IMG/VR virus record: IMGVR_UViG_2565956771_000001 | Location: 24-64,023 of that record | Source of the DNA: a virus | Direction: 5' to 3' (one strand) | DNA: 64,000 bases | In this document: positions 17,621 through 26,004 of the stretch, piece by piece | Layout: the number at the start of each line of letters is the position of its first letter | Position numbering within the stretch: the stretch's first letter is position 1 | Translations under genes and position numbers: made by a program | The notes under the pieces: generated by a model | What the model was told of the DNA's origin: nothing | Seen by the model: only the letters and a program-made list of their open reading frames with translations | Databases searched by the model: none

Positions 17621-18097
17621 ATGAGCGTGATCGACATCGGACTAGCCATGAAGCATCTGCTTGCAGAGCCTGAGGATCAGGACCTGGTGCAGTCGCAATT
17701 GGACGGCGCCGAGGAGGCTGCTCAGCAGTTCCTGCAACGCCGGTTCTTTGCCGATCAGGCCTCTGTGGATCTCGCAAAGTCCACCACTCTTCAGCGGAAC
17801 CAGGCGGCGCGCGCCACTTACCGCGCCGCGCTGCTGGTGGCTGATGCCCCTGAAAACTCTGACGACCGGTGCCGGCTGCGTGAACGTGCTCGCCAGACCC
17901 TGGCGGATACCTTCGAGGCAATCGACATGGACGAGTACGGGATTGTGATCAACAAGGGCATTGAGGCGGCTTGCCTGCTCAAGCTCGGCCACCTATTTGC
18001 GAACAGGGAGGAGGTGGTGACGGGCACTATTGCTACTGAGCTTCCGCTGACCAGCAAGGCGTTGCTGATGCCTTACCGCATCCGGATGGGTGTGTAA
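17621..18097 (+). CDS. Head-tail connector (gp6-like)
   Basis: MKHL...ACLLKLGHLFANRE...LLMPYR. Confidence 0.88.
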   Translation: MSVIDIGLAMKHLLAEPEDQDLVQSQLDGAEEAAQQFLQRRFFADQASVDLAKSTTLQRNQAARATYRAALLVADAPENSDDRCRLRERARQTLADTFEAIDMDEYGIVINKGIEAACLLKLGHLFANREEVVTGTIATELPLTSKALLMPYRIRMGV

Positions 18098-18414
18098 TGC
18101 GCGCCGGCAAGTTGAGGCATCGAATTACCATCCAGCGCCCCAGCTTTGTGCAAGATCCAGTGACAGGCGAAATGGTGAAGACATGGATCGACGCCTGGGT
18201 GAGCGTTCCTTCGGATGTTGACCCCGTATCTGTAACGCAGTTTGTAGCCGCTGCGGCACCGCAGAACAAAGTTACCGCCCGCGTGGTGATTCGTTACCGT
18301 GCTGGCGTGGATGGGACGATGCGCATACTTCATAGAGGCAAGGTCTACGATATTCAGGGCGTGCTGCCGGATACTGAAAGCGGGCTTGACTATCTGACGA
18401 TGCCCTGCAGCTAG
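18097..18414 (+). CDS. Head-closure / head-tail adaptor
   Basis: MRAGKLRHRITIQ...VIRYRAGVDGTMRILHRGKVYDI; stops at TAG six codons before the probable family end. Confidence 0.88.
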   Translation: MRAGKLRHRITIQRPSFVQDPVTGEMVKTWIDAWVSVPSDVDPVSVTQFVAAAAPQNKVTARVVIRYRAGVDGTMRILHRGKVYDIQGVLPDTESGLDYLTMPCS

Positions 18415-18424
18415 GGTGTGAACG

Positions 18425-18916
18425 ATGGCTGATGGTATGGAGTTCAGCATCACCGGCTTAGATTCATTGCTCGGCAAGCTTGAGGCGGTGACCTACGACC
18501 TAAAGCGCAAAGGTGGGCGCTCCGCGTTGCGCAAGGCTGCGCAGTTGGTTGCCAACAAGGCAAAGGAGGGCGCCGAGAAGCTGGACGACTCGGCTACCGG
18601 CCGGTCGATCGCCAAAAATATCGCGCTTCGCTGGAATGGACGACTGTTCAAGCGGAGCGGTGACCTGGCCTTTCGAGTGGGCGTTCTGCATGGCGCCGTA
18701 CTGCCAAAGAGGGGCTCCAGCCCCGACCTTTCGGCCAATGCGCCAACCCCGCACTGGAGACTCCTGGAATTCGGCACCGAGAAAATGCGGGCCACGCCAT
18801 TCATGCGCAAAGCCCTTGCGGACAACATCAGCGTGGCGACTGACGCGTTTGTCACTGAGTACGAGAAAGCAATCGACCGCGCTATCAAGCGCGCAGCCAA
18901 AAAGGCCGCTCAATGA
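18425..18916 (+). CDS. HK97 gp10-family tail component
   Basis: ITGLDSLLGKL...HWRLLEFGTEKMRATPFMRKAL. Confidence 0.9.
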   Translation: MADGMEFSITGLDSLLGKLEAVTYDLKRKGGRSALRKAAQLVANKAKEGAEKLDDSATGRSIAKNIALRWNGRLFKRSGDLAFRVGVLHGAVLPKRGSSPDLSANAPTPHWRLLEFGTEKMRATPFMRKALADNISVATDAFVTEYEKAIDRAIKRAAKKAAQ

Positions 18917-19281
18917 AGTACCCACCAATCTTTCAGGTTGCTACCGCTGATCCTGGTGTTACTACGCTGCTGGGTACGAATCCGACCCGGCTCTATTTGT
19001 TCGGCCTGGCTCCGGATAATCCAGTGGGCACGTATTGCGTCTGGCAGATTGTCAACGGATCACCTGATAACTACCTGGCAGGCCGGCCGGACGTCGAGAG
19101 TCACGCGCTGCAGATCGATGTCTATGCTGCCACAGCGGCTGAGGCTCGCGCCGCCGGCCAGGCTTTGGAGTACGCCGTCGAGCTTTCTGCCTCCGTGGCC
19201 AGCTACAACGGCGAAAACCGCGACACTGAAACAGGCCGATACCGCTATAGCTTCAGCGTGGACTGGATCGTCCGCCGATAA
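18913..19281 (+). CDS. Tail terminator (DUF3168-like)
   Basis: PPIFQV...CVWQIV...LQIDVYA; position in the tail module. Confidence 0.82.
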   Translation: MKYPPIFQVATADPGVTTLLGTNPTRLYLFGLAPDNPVGTYCVWQIVNGSPDNYLAGRPDVESHALQIDVYAATAAEARAAGQALEYAVELSASVASYNGENRDTETGRYRYSFSVDWIVRR

Positions 19282-19343
19282 CCAAACCTCAAACCCAGCC
19301 CGCCAAGTGCGGGTATTTTTTTGCCCGACATTTGGAGAATGCC

Positions 19344-19841
19344 ATGTCGATCCTTTCCCAAGGAACCCAGATCTACGCACTGGTCCCGCCGCTTTCCGGC
19401 ACCGGGCCTATGACGGTTATGGAAGTTGAGTGTGCCACCAGCTTCGACCCGGGCGGCTCCCCTGCCGAGCAGATCGAAGACACCTGTCTCAGCGCCGATG
19501 AGCGCAGCTACAAGAAAGGCTTGCGCACCCCTGGCCAGGCCTCGCTCGGCCTCAACGCTGACCCAAACAACGCGAGTCATATTCGTCTGCATCAGCTGTC
19601 GGAAGCCAATGGCGATACCACCATCAAATGGGTTGTGGGTTGGTCGGATGGCAAGGACATCGTGCCGACGATCAGCACCGAGGGCGATGACTTCGAGCTG
19701 CCGCCGACGCGAACCTGGTTTGCCTTCCAAGGCTACGTGGCCGACTTCCCATTCACCTTCGCGCAAAATGCCGTGGTTGCTTCGACCGTGTCGATTCAGC
19801 GCTCGGGCGGTTCCGCCTGGATTCGTAAGGTCCCCGCATAA
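19344..19841 (+). CDS. Major tail tube protein
   Basis: [11 protein letters not shown]...IEDTCL...[16 protein letters not shown]. Confidence 0.88.
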   Translation: MSILSQGTQIYALVPPLSGTGPMTVMEVECATSFDPGGSPAEQIEDTCLSADERSYKKGLRTPGQASLGLNADPNNASHIRLHQLSEANGDTTIKWVVGWSDGKDIVPTISTEGDDFELPPTRTWFAFQGYVADFPFTFAQNAVVASTVSIQRSGGSAWIRKVPA

Positions 19842-20176
19842 TGGAACTGAACATTGCGAACCTGAAAAAATCGAAGGCCTTCACCGCGCGGCCGGTGGCC
19901 AAGGAAATCGAGTGGGATGGCGCCAAATTCACCTGCTACGTCCGGCCACTCTCGTACCAGACCGCCGTTGGCGACATTGCTGCCCACCGTGGTGCTGACC
20001 CGCTGGCCTGCCGAATTGCCTCCAGCATCTGTGATGCCGATGGCAAGGCGGTGTTCACCGTGGCCGACATCACTGGCGAGGCCGATCCGGATAAGGGCGC
20101 ACTCGACCCTGACTTGACCAACCTGCTGCTTATCGCCATCGGCGAGGTGCAGAACTCGGGAAAGAAGAAGCGCTAG
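19841..20176 (+). CDS. Tail assembly chaperone (G-like)
   Basis: Follows the tail tube gene; ends in GGGAAAG slippery site. Confidence 0.85.
   Translation: MELNIANLKKSKAFTARPVAKEIEWDGAKFTCYVRPLSYQTAVGDIAAHRGADPLACRIASSICDADGKAVFTVADITGEADPDKGALDPDLTNLLLIAIGEVQNSGKKKR
20158..20164 (+). other. Programmed -1 ribosomal frameshift site GGGAAAG
   Basis: Same heptamer as lambda G-T; the -1 frame is open into the 20209 ORF. Confidence 0.85.
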
Positions 20177-20472
20177 ACCCATCTGATGAGCTTTGGTGCG
20201 AGCTGGTCATGAACGGAATCGGCGGCCGCACCATTGCCGAAGCGCAGGAGCGCATGACCTATTCCGAGTTTGTGGTCTGGATGAAGTTTCGCGCCAAGCG
20301 CGGATCGCTGCACCAGGGCATGCGCATCGAGATGGCTCTGGCGCAGTTTCAAGCTTTTTACGTCAACTCGAAGACCGGCAAGGATGCGCCTCGGCACTAT
20401 CAGCAGGACTTCGCGCCGCACATGGATCCGCGTGTCGAGTCGCTGGAGGAGGCTGTAGCGGGTTGGGCGTGA
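20158..20472 (+). CDS. Tail assembly chaperone GT extension (T-like)
   Basis: -1 frame reads KEEALDPSDELWCELVMNGIGGRTIAEAQERM... Confidence 0.8.
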   Translation, partial: GKEEALDPSDELWCELVMNGIGGRTIAEAQERMTYSEFVVWMKFRAKRGSLHQGMRIEMALAQFQAFYVNSKTGKDAPRHYQQDFAPHMDPRVESLEEAVAGWA

Positions 20473-20524
20473 TGATAGGCCTGGATGATGGTAGATTGGG
20501 GCTTTGTGGATAGGGAGATAGGTC

Positions 20525-20839
20525 ATGCGGAAGAGCGTTTTGTTGTTAGCGTCATGTGTCCTCGCGTCTTGCGCTACCCAATATGGAAAGCCAGTAACCC
20601 AGGCTCAGCTTGATCAGATAAAGCAAGGAGTGACGACAAAGAATGATTTGATCAGCAGCTTCGGAAGTCCACTGGCAACCTCCAGAAACTCCGACGGAAC
20701 GCAGGTAATGTCCTGGGGATATGCGAAAGTCGGTTTCGTCGGCTCCAGCTATAGCAATCAAGCTTTAAGCGTGATTCTCGACTCGTCTGGGAAAGTTGTC
20801 AGTTTTACAACGACCGAGACGGCGAACCCTTATCAATAG
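20525..20839 (+). CDS. Lipoprotein moron (SmpA/OmlA/BamE-like)
   Basis: Lipobox VLASC; VTQAQLDQIKQGVTTKNDLISSFGSP; has its own downstream terminator. Confidence 0.8.
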   Translation: MRKSVLLLASCVLASCATQYGKPVTQAQLDQIKQGVTTKNDLISSFGSPLATSRNSDGTQVMSWGYAKVGFVGSSYSNQALSVILDSSGKVVSFTTTETANPYQ

Positions 20840-20858
20840 GTTTTCAAATAAAACTTAT

Positions 20859-20884
20859 AAGCCCGCCTTGTGCGGGTTTTTTTA
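20859..20884 (+). terminator. Terminator after the lipoprotein moron
   Basis: AAGCCCGC-CTTGT-GCGGGTTTTTTT. Confidence 0.75.
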
Positions 20885-20899
20885 TGCCTGGAGTAAAAT

Positions 20900-23479
20900 A
20901 TGGCCGGCTCCCTTGGCACTCTAACGCTTGACTTGATTGCCAAGATCGGCGGATTTACTGGTCCACTTGATAAGGCATCAAGAAACGCAAAGAAAAATAA
21001 CAGTGAAATAGGAAAGTCTTTTGATAATTTAGCGAAGGTAGTGGGAGTTGCTATTGGCTCAATTCCTGCTGTTGTCACCGGTGTTGTAATAGCGAGTGCA
21101 TCCGCGGCAAAGGAGATAGGGAATCTAGCGGCATTGGCAGGGCTTGGCAGTGAAGAATTTCAGAAGCTCGCTGCTGGTGCTCGATCTGTAGGTGTAGATC
21201 AAGAAAAGCTGTCTGGTATATTTAAAGACACGAACGATAAAATTGGCGATTTCATTAATACGGGCGGAGGAGAATTAAAGGACTTCTTCGCCAATATCGC
21301 CCCTAAGGTCGGAGTAACAGCCGATCAGTTTAAAAAGCTCAATAGTCGCGATGCCCTGGCGTTGTATGTGACCAGCTTGGAAAAGGCAAATGTAAGCCAG
21401 GCTGAAATGACTTTCTACATGGAGGCCATCGCGAACGACTCAACGGCGCTTGTTCCGCTTCTCAGAAATAACGCCAAAGGATTTCAGGATCTTGGATCGG
21501 CAGCTGATGCTGCTGGCGTGATCATGAGCGACAGTACTATTTCTTCAGCAAAGAATTTCGGTTTTGAGCTTGATAACTTGCTCGGATATGTGAAGTCTGT
21601 GCAGATCGCACTCGCCGCCGAGTTCTCTCCACTGCTGCTTCAGGCGAGCAAGGACCTTAAACAGGCCGCAATCGACGCTGGCGGCGTAGGTCCAGCAATC
21701 AAGAAAAGTGCAGCCCAGGCGGTGGAGGCGATGGCATTCATCGTCGATGCGGGCGATAGCGCTGGACGTGTTTTCAGGGTTATTTCCGCCGAGTTTGATG
21801 GGCTGGTAGCGAGCGCAGCTGGCAGCATAATCGCTGGCGTGTACCAGACGTTAAGCCTCCTAAATAAGCTGCCCGGCGTCGATCTGTCCTCTCAGCTCGG
21901 AGAGTTAGAGAATAACTACACGTCCCAAGTGGCTGCTGCCACAGATGCTACGGAGCGGATGCGGTCAGCCCTTGAAACGCCATTGGCGGGTACAGCATTT
22001 CTTGATTATTACAAAAAGGCAAACGAGAACGCCAAAGAGCTTCTGGCAACGAATAATTCCTTAACCAAAGGAACCGGTAGCGGAGTTGATCCAGCCAAGA
22101 TCGCTGCCCGTGCCGCAGCCGAAAAAAAGTCTGCAAGTGAAGCTCTTTCAGCTGCCAAGAAGATTGATGACGCGTTCAAAGCGACTGAAATCGATTATAA
22201 GCGGCAGATTCAGCTTATTGAGGAGACTTCCGGAAAACAGGGCAAGGCTTCTGAAGTTGCACAACTCGCTTTCGAGCTGGAATCAGGAAAACTTAAGGGA
22301 GTCAGTGTAGAGCGGCAGAAGGTGCTCAAAGACTTAGCCTCCGAATTAGATTCAAAAATAAAGATCAAAAAGCAAAACGAACAAGATCTTAAACTTGCGA
22401 CTTTGGCGGCCAATCTTAAAGACAGCAACACAATTATTAAGCAAGGCTTCGAGATGGAGTTGGCAGGGGCGGGGTCAGGCGAAAAGCTCAGGGGGCGGCT
22501 TAAGGAAGATCTTGCGATTCAACAGGACTACGCTCAGCAAAGAGCCGAGATGTACAAACAGTACAAGGAGGCTGAACTGCAAGGGGATCCTGACGCTAAA
22601 AATACGTATGACGAAGAAACGGCATTGCTTGAAAAGGCGCTTTCTGAGCGCATGATTATTCAGCAAAACCACTACAGAAATCAGGATAAATCCCAGGAAA
22701 ATTGGATTGATGGTGTTAAGGATGCTTGGCGCAATTATGTTGATGCTGCTACCAATTACACTGCGATGGCCGCTGATGCGACTTCTTCGGTGCTTGATAA
22801 CGCTAAGAGCGGCCTCAGCACTTTCCTCTCGGATGTGGCGAGCGGAGCAGAAGATGCGGGTGATGCGCTGGGCGATTTGATTTCTAACTTTGCAAAGTCA
22901 ACATTGCAGGCCCTTTCCGATATGGCTTCCCAGTGGCTGGTGTACCAGGCCGTGCAGTTGCTGGTCGGAAAAACTACGCAGGCAAGTGCGGTCCCAACTC
23001 TGGTAGCCAATGCCCAGGCAACGGCGTTCCAGGCGAGCCTGGCAGCATTTGCGTCGACTGCCGCTATTCCTATCGTCGGTCCTGCCGCAGCCCCGGCCGC
23101 TGCGGCTGCCGCTGCAGCAGCAACTGCCCCCATGGTGGCTGGCGTTGCCAGTGCTGCCCTTGCTGGTATGGCTCACGACGGTATCGACGCGGTGCCCGAG
23201 ACGGGCACCTGGCTGCTTCAAAAGGGTGAGCGAGTCACAACGGCCGAGACCAGCGCCAAGTTGGACAGGACGCTTGACCAGCTACGCGCAAACTCAGGAG
23301 GCGGCGGTGGCGGAGGTCTCACCATCAATGCGCCCGTTAACGTTCAAGCCCAGCCAGGCATGAGCGGTGATGATGCGAGGAAGCAAGGCGAGGCGATGGG
23401 CCAGGGGCTAGTCTCGGAAATTCGTCGCGTTCTTCAGGGTGAAATGGGGCAGGGCGGCATGCTCTGGAGGCGAGTCTGA
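20900..23479 (+). CDS. Tape measure protein
   Basis: MAGSLGTLTLDLIAKIGGF; Ala-rich helical body; C-terminal GMAHDG motif. Confidence 0.93.
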   Translation: MAGSLGTLTLDLIAKIGGFTGPLDKASRNAKKNNSEIGKSFDNLAKVVGVAIGSIPAVVTGVVIASASAAKEIGNLAALAGLGSEEFQKLAAGARSVGVDQEKLSGIFKDTNDKIGDFINTGGGELKDFFANIAPKVGVTADQFKKLNSRDALALYVTSLEKANVSQAEMTFYMEAIANDSTALVPLLRNNAKGFQDLGSAADAAGVIMSDSTISSAKNFGFELDNLLGYVKSVQIALAAEFSPLLLQASKDLKQAAIDAGGVGPAIKKSAAQAVEAMAFIVDAGDSAGRVFRVISAEFDGLVASAAGSIIAGVYQTLSLLNKLPGVDLSSQLGELENNYTSQVAAATDATERMRSALETPLAGTAFLDYYKKANENAKELLATNNSLTKGTGSGVDPAKIAARAAAEKKSASEALSAAKKIDDAFKATEIDYKRQIQLIEETSGKQGKASEVAQLAFELESGKLKGVSVERQKVLKDLASELDSKIKIKKQNEQDLKLATLAANLKDSNTIIKQGFEMELAGAGSGEKLRGRLKEDLAIQQDYAQQRAEMYKQYKEAELQGDPDAKNTYDEETALLEKALSERMIIQQNHYRNQDKSQENWIDGVKDAWRNYVDAATNYTAMAADATSSVLDNAKSGLSTFLSDVASGAEDAGDALGDLISNFAKSTLQALSDMASQWLVYQAVQLLVGKTTQASAVPTLVANAQATAFQASLAAFASTAAIPIVGPAAAPAAAAAAAAATAPMVAGVASAALAGMAHDGIDAVPETGTWLLQKGERVTTAETSAKLDRTLDQLRANSGGGGGGGLTINAPVNVQAQPGMSGDDARKQGEAMGQGLVSEIRRVLQGEMGQGGMLWRRV

Positions 23480-23823
23480 TGGCGGAAACATTCAGCTACT
23501 GCGTTCAGCTCGGCGGAGATGGTGAGATCAGCCAGCGAACTTGGGAGAATGACTTCGGTGATGGGTACACCCAGGCCGGCGGTATCGGAATCAACACCAA
23601 GAGCCAGACCTGGAACCTGTCGCATACCGGCGCCCTGGCTGATGGTCAGGAACTCCCACTTGTTTGGGCTTTCCTAGACCGCCACGAGGGATACAAGTCG
23701 TTCCTCTGGACGCCGCCAGGTGGCGTGCAAGGCCGGTACCGTTGCAATGGCTACAAGCCGCGGCCTCTTGGTGCTGGCTTGTTTACCCTGACCTTCACTT
23801 TCAAACAGGTCTACACCCCCTGA
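23479..23823 (+). CDS. Minor tail protein (lambda gpM-like)
   Basis: FGDGYTQ...FLDRHEGYKSFLWTPP...FKQVY. Confidence 0.88.
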   Translation: MAETFSYCVQLGGDGEISQRTWENDFGDGYTQAGGIGINTKSQTWNLSHTGALADGQELPLVWAFLDRHEGYKSFLWTPPGGVQGRYRCNGYKPRPLGAGLFTLTFTFKQVYTP

Positions 23824-23877
23824 CCTTAACCATCACCAAGCCCCGCCAAGTGCGGGGTTTCTTGTTTTTGGGGCCCT

Positions 23878-24582
23878 ATGAATTACAACACTGATCTTCA
23901 AAAGCTCGAGCCCGGTAACCAGATCAGGCTTTACGAGTTGGACGCTACACGCCTGGGCGCTACGGTCTGGCGCTTCCATGGTCACGCCCATGAAGGCGAC
24001 ATCATCTGGCAGGGCCAACTCTACTCGCCGCTCCAGATCGAGGCCAAGGGCTTTGACATTCGCGGCGACGGGCGCCCAGCTACACCCACGCTGCAGGTGG
24101 ATGATGAGCTCGGCGGGGTGCGCGGTGCGATAACCGCTCTATGCTTCCAGTTCCGCGACCTGGCCGGTGCCCGGGTCAAAGTAATCGAGACGTTTCGCCA
24201 CTTCCTGGATGCTGCCAACTTTCCCGACGGCAACCCGGAAGCCAGCGACCAATCGAAAACGAACCTCTGGTTTATCGAGCAGAAGACCGAGGCGTTGCCG
24301 AGCATCTCGGTCACGTTCTCGCTGTCGAGCCCTACCGATATGGAAGGGCAAATGCTACCTGGCCAGCAGATCACCAAGCTCTGCCGGTGGGCCTGCCGTG
24401 GCGGGTACCGGCAGGAGGCTTGCGCCTACACAGGGGCTGCGATGTTCGATAAGAAGAACCAACCCACCGACAACCCCGCGCTCGACCGCTGTGGGGGCTG
24501 GTGGAGCAGTTGCAAGATCAGGGGCAACACCCGCCGGTTCGGTGGGTCCATGGGCGCAAGCCTAATCGCAAGCTCGAGGTAG
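23878..24582 (+). CDS. Minor tail protein L
   Basis: QKLEPG...Cys cluster CRW...C...C...C, FGG. Confidence 0.9.
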   Translation: MNYNTDLQKLEPGNQIRLYELDATRLGATVWRFHGHAHEGDIIWQGQLYSPLQIEAKGFDIRGDGRPATPTLQVDDELGGVRGAITALCFQFRDLAGARVKVIETFRHFLDAANFPDGNPEASDQSKTNLWFIEQKTEALPSISVTFSLSSPTDMEGQMLPGQQITKLCRWACRGGYRQEACAYTGAAMFDKKNQPTDNPALDRCGGWWSSCKIRGNTRRFGGSMGASLIASSR

Positions 24583-24584
24583 TC

Positions 24585-25367
24585 ATGCGCATCAACCAGA
24601 AATTGCAGGACGAGATCCGCGCACACGCCGAGCGTGCTTACCCGTCCGAGGCTTGCGGGGTGCTGGTGAAGTCTGCCGAGGGCCGCGAGTATGTGCCGTG
24701 CACGAACTTGGCCACCACGCCGCGAGAACACTTCCAGATTGATCACAGGGACATGGCCCGCGCCGAAGATCGGGGCGAAGTGCTGGCGATCATCCACAGC
24801 CACCCGGATAAAGCGCCGACGCCCAGCATGGCCGACCGGGTCAGCTGCGAGTTGCACGAGCTGCCCTGGGGCATCGTCGGCTGGCCTGGCGGTGACATTG
24901 AGTGGTTTAAGCCGTCCGGCTTCCAGGCACCGCTGCTGGGACGGGACTTTTCCCATGGGTTGCTTGATTGCTGGGCAGCTTGCCGGGACTGGTACGCCAG
25001 GGAGGCGGGCCTGCAGTTGCCGAACTTTGAGCGGGCCGACCTGTGGTGGGAATGCAAGGACGGCCCAAGCCTCTACGAGGACAACTTTGCAGCCACCGGC
25101 TTTTACCAGGTCAACGAGGCAAAGCGCGGCGACATGCTGGTGTTGCAGATCCCTACGCCAGGGCGGGAGTGCTATTTCCCGAACCATGCCGTGATTTATC
25201 TGGGCGATGAGCCTGCGCTGATCAGCGAGCCGGGGCCCAAGCTCGGCGGGTCAGGCCCGTTCATTTACCACCACATGCCTGGCCGCCTGGCTGCCCGTGA
25301 AGTCTACGGCTGGTCGATGGCGAACAGGGTGAAACTGATCCTCCGGCACAGGGACTACCGCCCATGA
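24585..25367 (+). CDS. Tail assembly protein K (JAB/MPN plus NlpC/P60)
   Basis: PSEACG, IHSHPD, DCWAAC, NHAVIYLG, HH. Confidence 0.92.
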   Translation: MRINQKLQDEIRAHAERAYPSEACGVLVKSAEGREYVPCTNLATTPREHFQIDHRDMARAEDRGEVLAIIHSHPDKAPTPSMADRVSCELHELPWGIVGWPGGDIEWFKPSGFQAPLLGRDFSHGLLDCWAACRDWYAREAGLQLPNFERADLWWECKDGPSLYEDNFAATGFYQVNEAKRGDMLVLQIPTPGRECYFPNHAVIYLGDEPALISEPGPKLGGSGPFIYHHMPGRLAAREVYGWSMANRVKLILRHRDYRP

Positions 25368-25951
25368 CCATGCGCACCATCAAGCTCGGCGGGGTGCTGG
25401 GCAAAAAGTTCGGCAAAGAGTACCGACTCGACCTGAACGGGTTTCATGACGCCACCGCGGCGCTGTGCGCGATGAAACCCGGTTTCGAGAAGTTCATGCG
25501 GACCGCACACGAGCGGGGCCTGGTATTCGCTGTGTTTGTTGATGAGCGGAACATCAGCGCGCAGGAGCTTGAGCTTGTCGGCCGTGCCGAAGGCGACATT
25601 CGCATACAGCCGATTATCCAGGGCAGCAAGCAGGCGGGCATGTTTCAGACATTGCTCGGCGTGGTGCTGATCGTGGCCGGCCTGTTCACAGGTGGTACGT
25701 CCTCTGCGCTCGGTATGGGCCTTCTTGCCGCCGGCGCCGCAGTGGGGTTGGGTGGTGTTGTGCAGATGCTTTCGCCGACTACCAAGGCAACCGCCGAAGG
25801 CAAGAACGACGACGGCAACAACCCGAGCTACGGCTTCGGTGGCGCGGTGACCACAATTGCCCAGGGCAACCCTTACCCGCTGCTTTACGGCGAGCGCGAG
25901 GTAGGCGGCGCCGTCGAATCTGGCGGGGTGTACACACAGGACAACATCTGA
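25364..25951 (+). CDS. Tail assembly protein I
   Basis: IKLGGVLGKKFG...GNPYPLLYGER. Confidence 0.9.
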   Translation: MTMRTIKLGGVLGKKFGKEYRLDLNGFHDATAALCAMKPGFEKFMRTAHERGLVFAVFVDERNISAQELELVGRAEGDIRIQPIIQGSKQAGMFQTLLGVVLIVAGLFTGGTSSALGMGLLAAGAAVGLGGVVQMLSPTTKATAEGKNDDGNNPSYGFGGAVTTIAQGNPYPLLYGEREVGGAVESGGVYTQDNI

Positions 25952-26004
25952 TTCAGCTTAAACAATGAACCCGCTCCGGCGGGTTTTTGCATTCTGGAGG
26001 GCGC

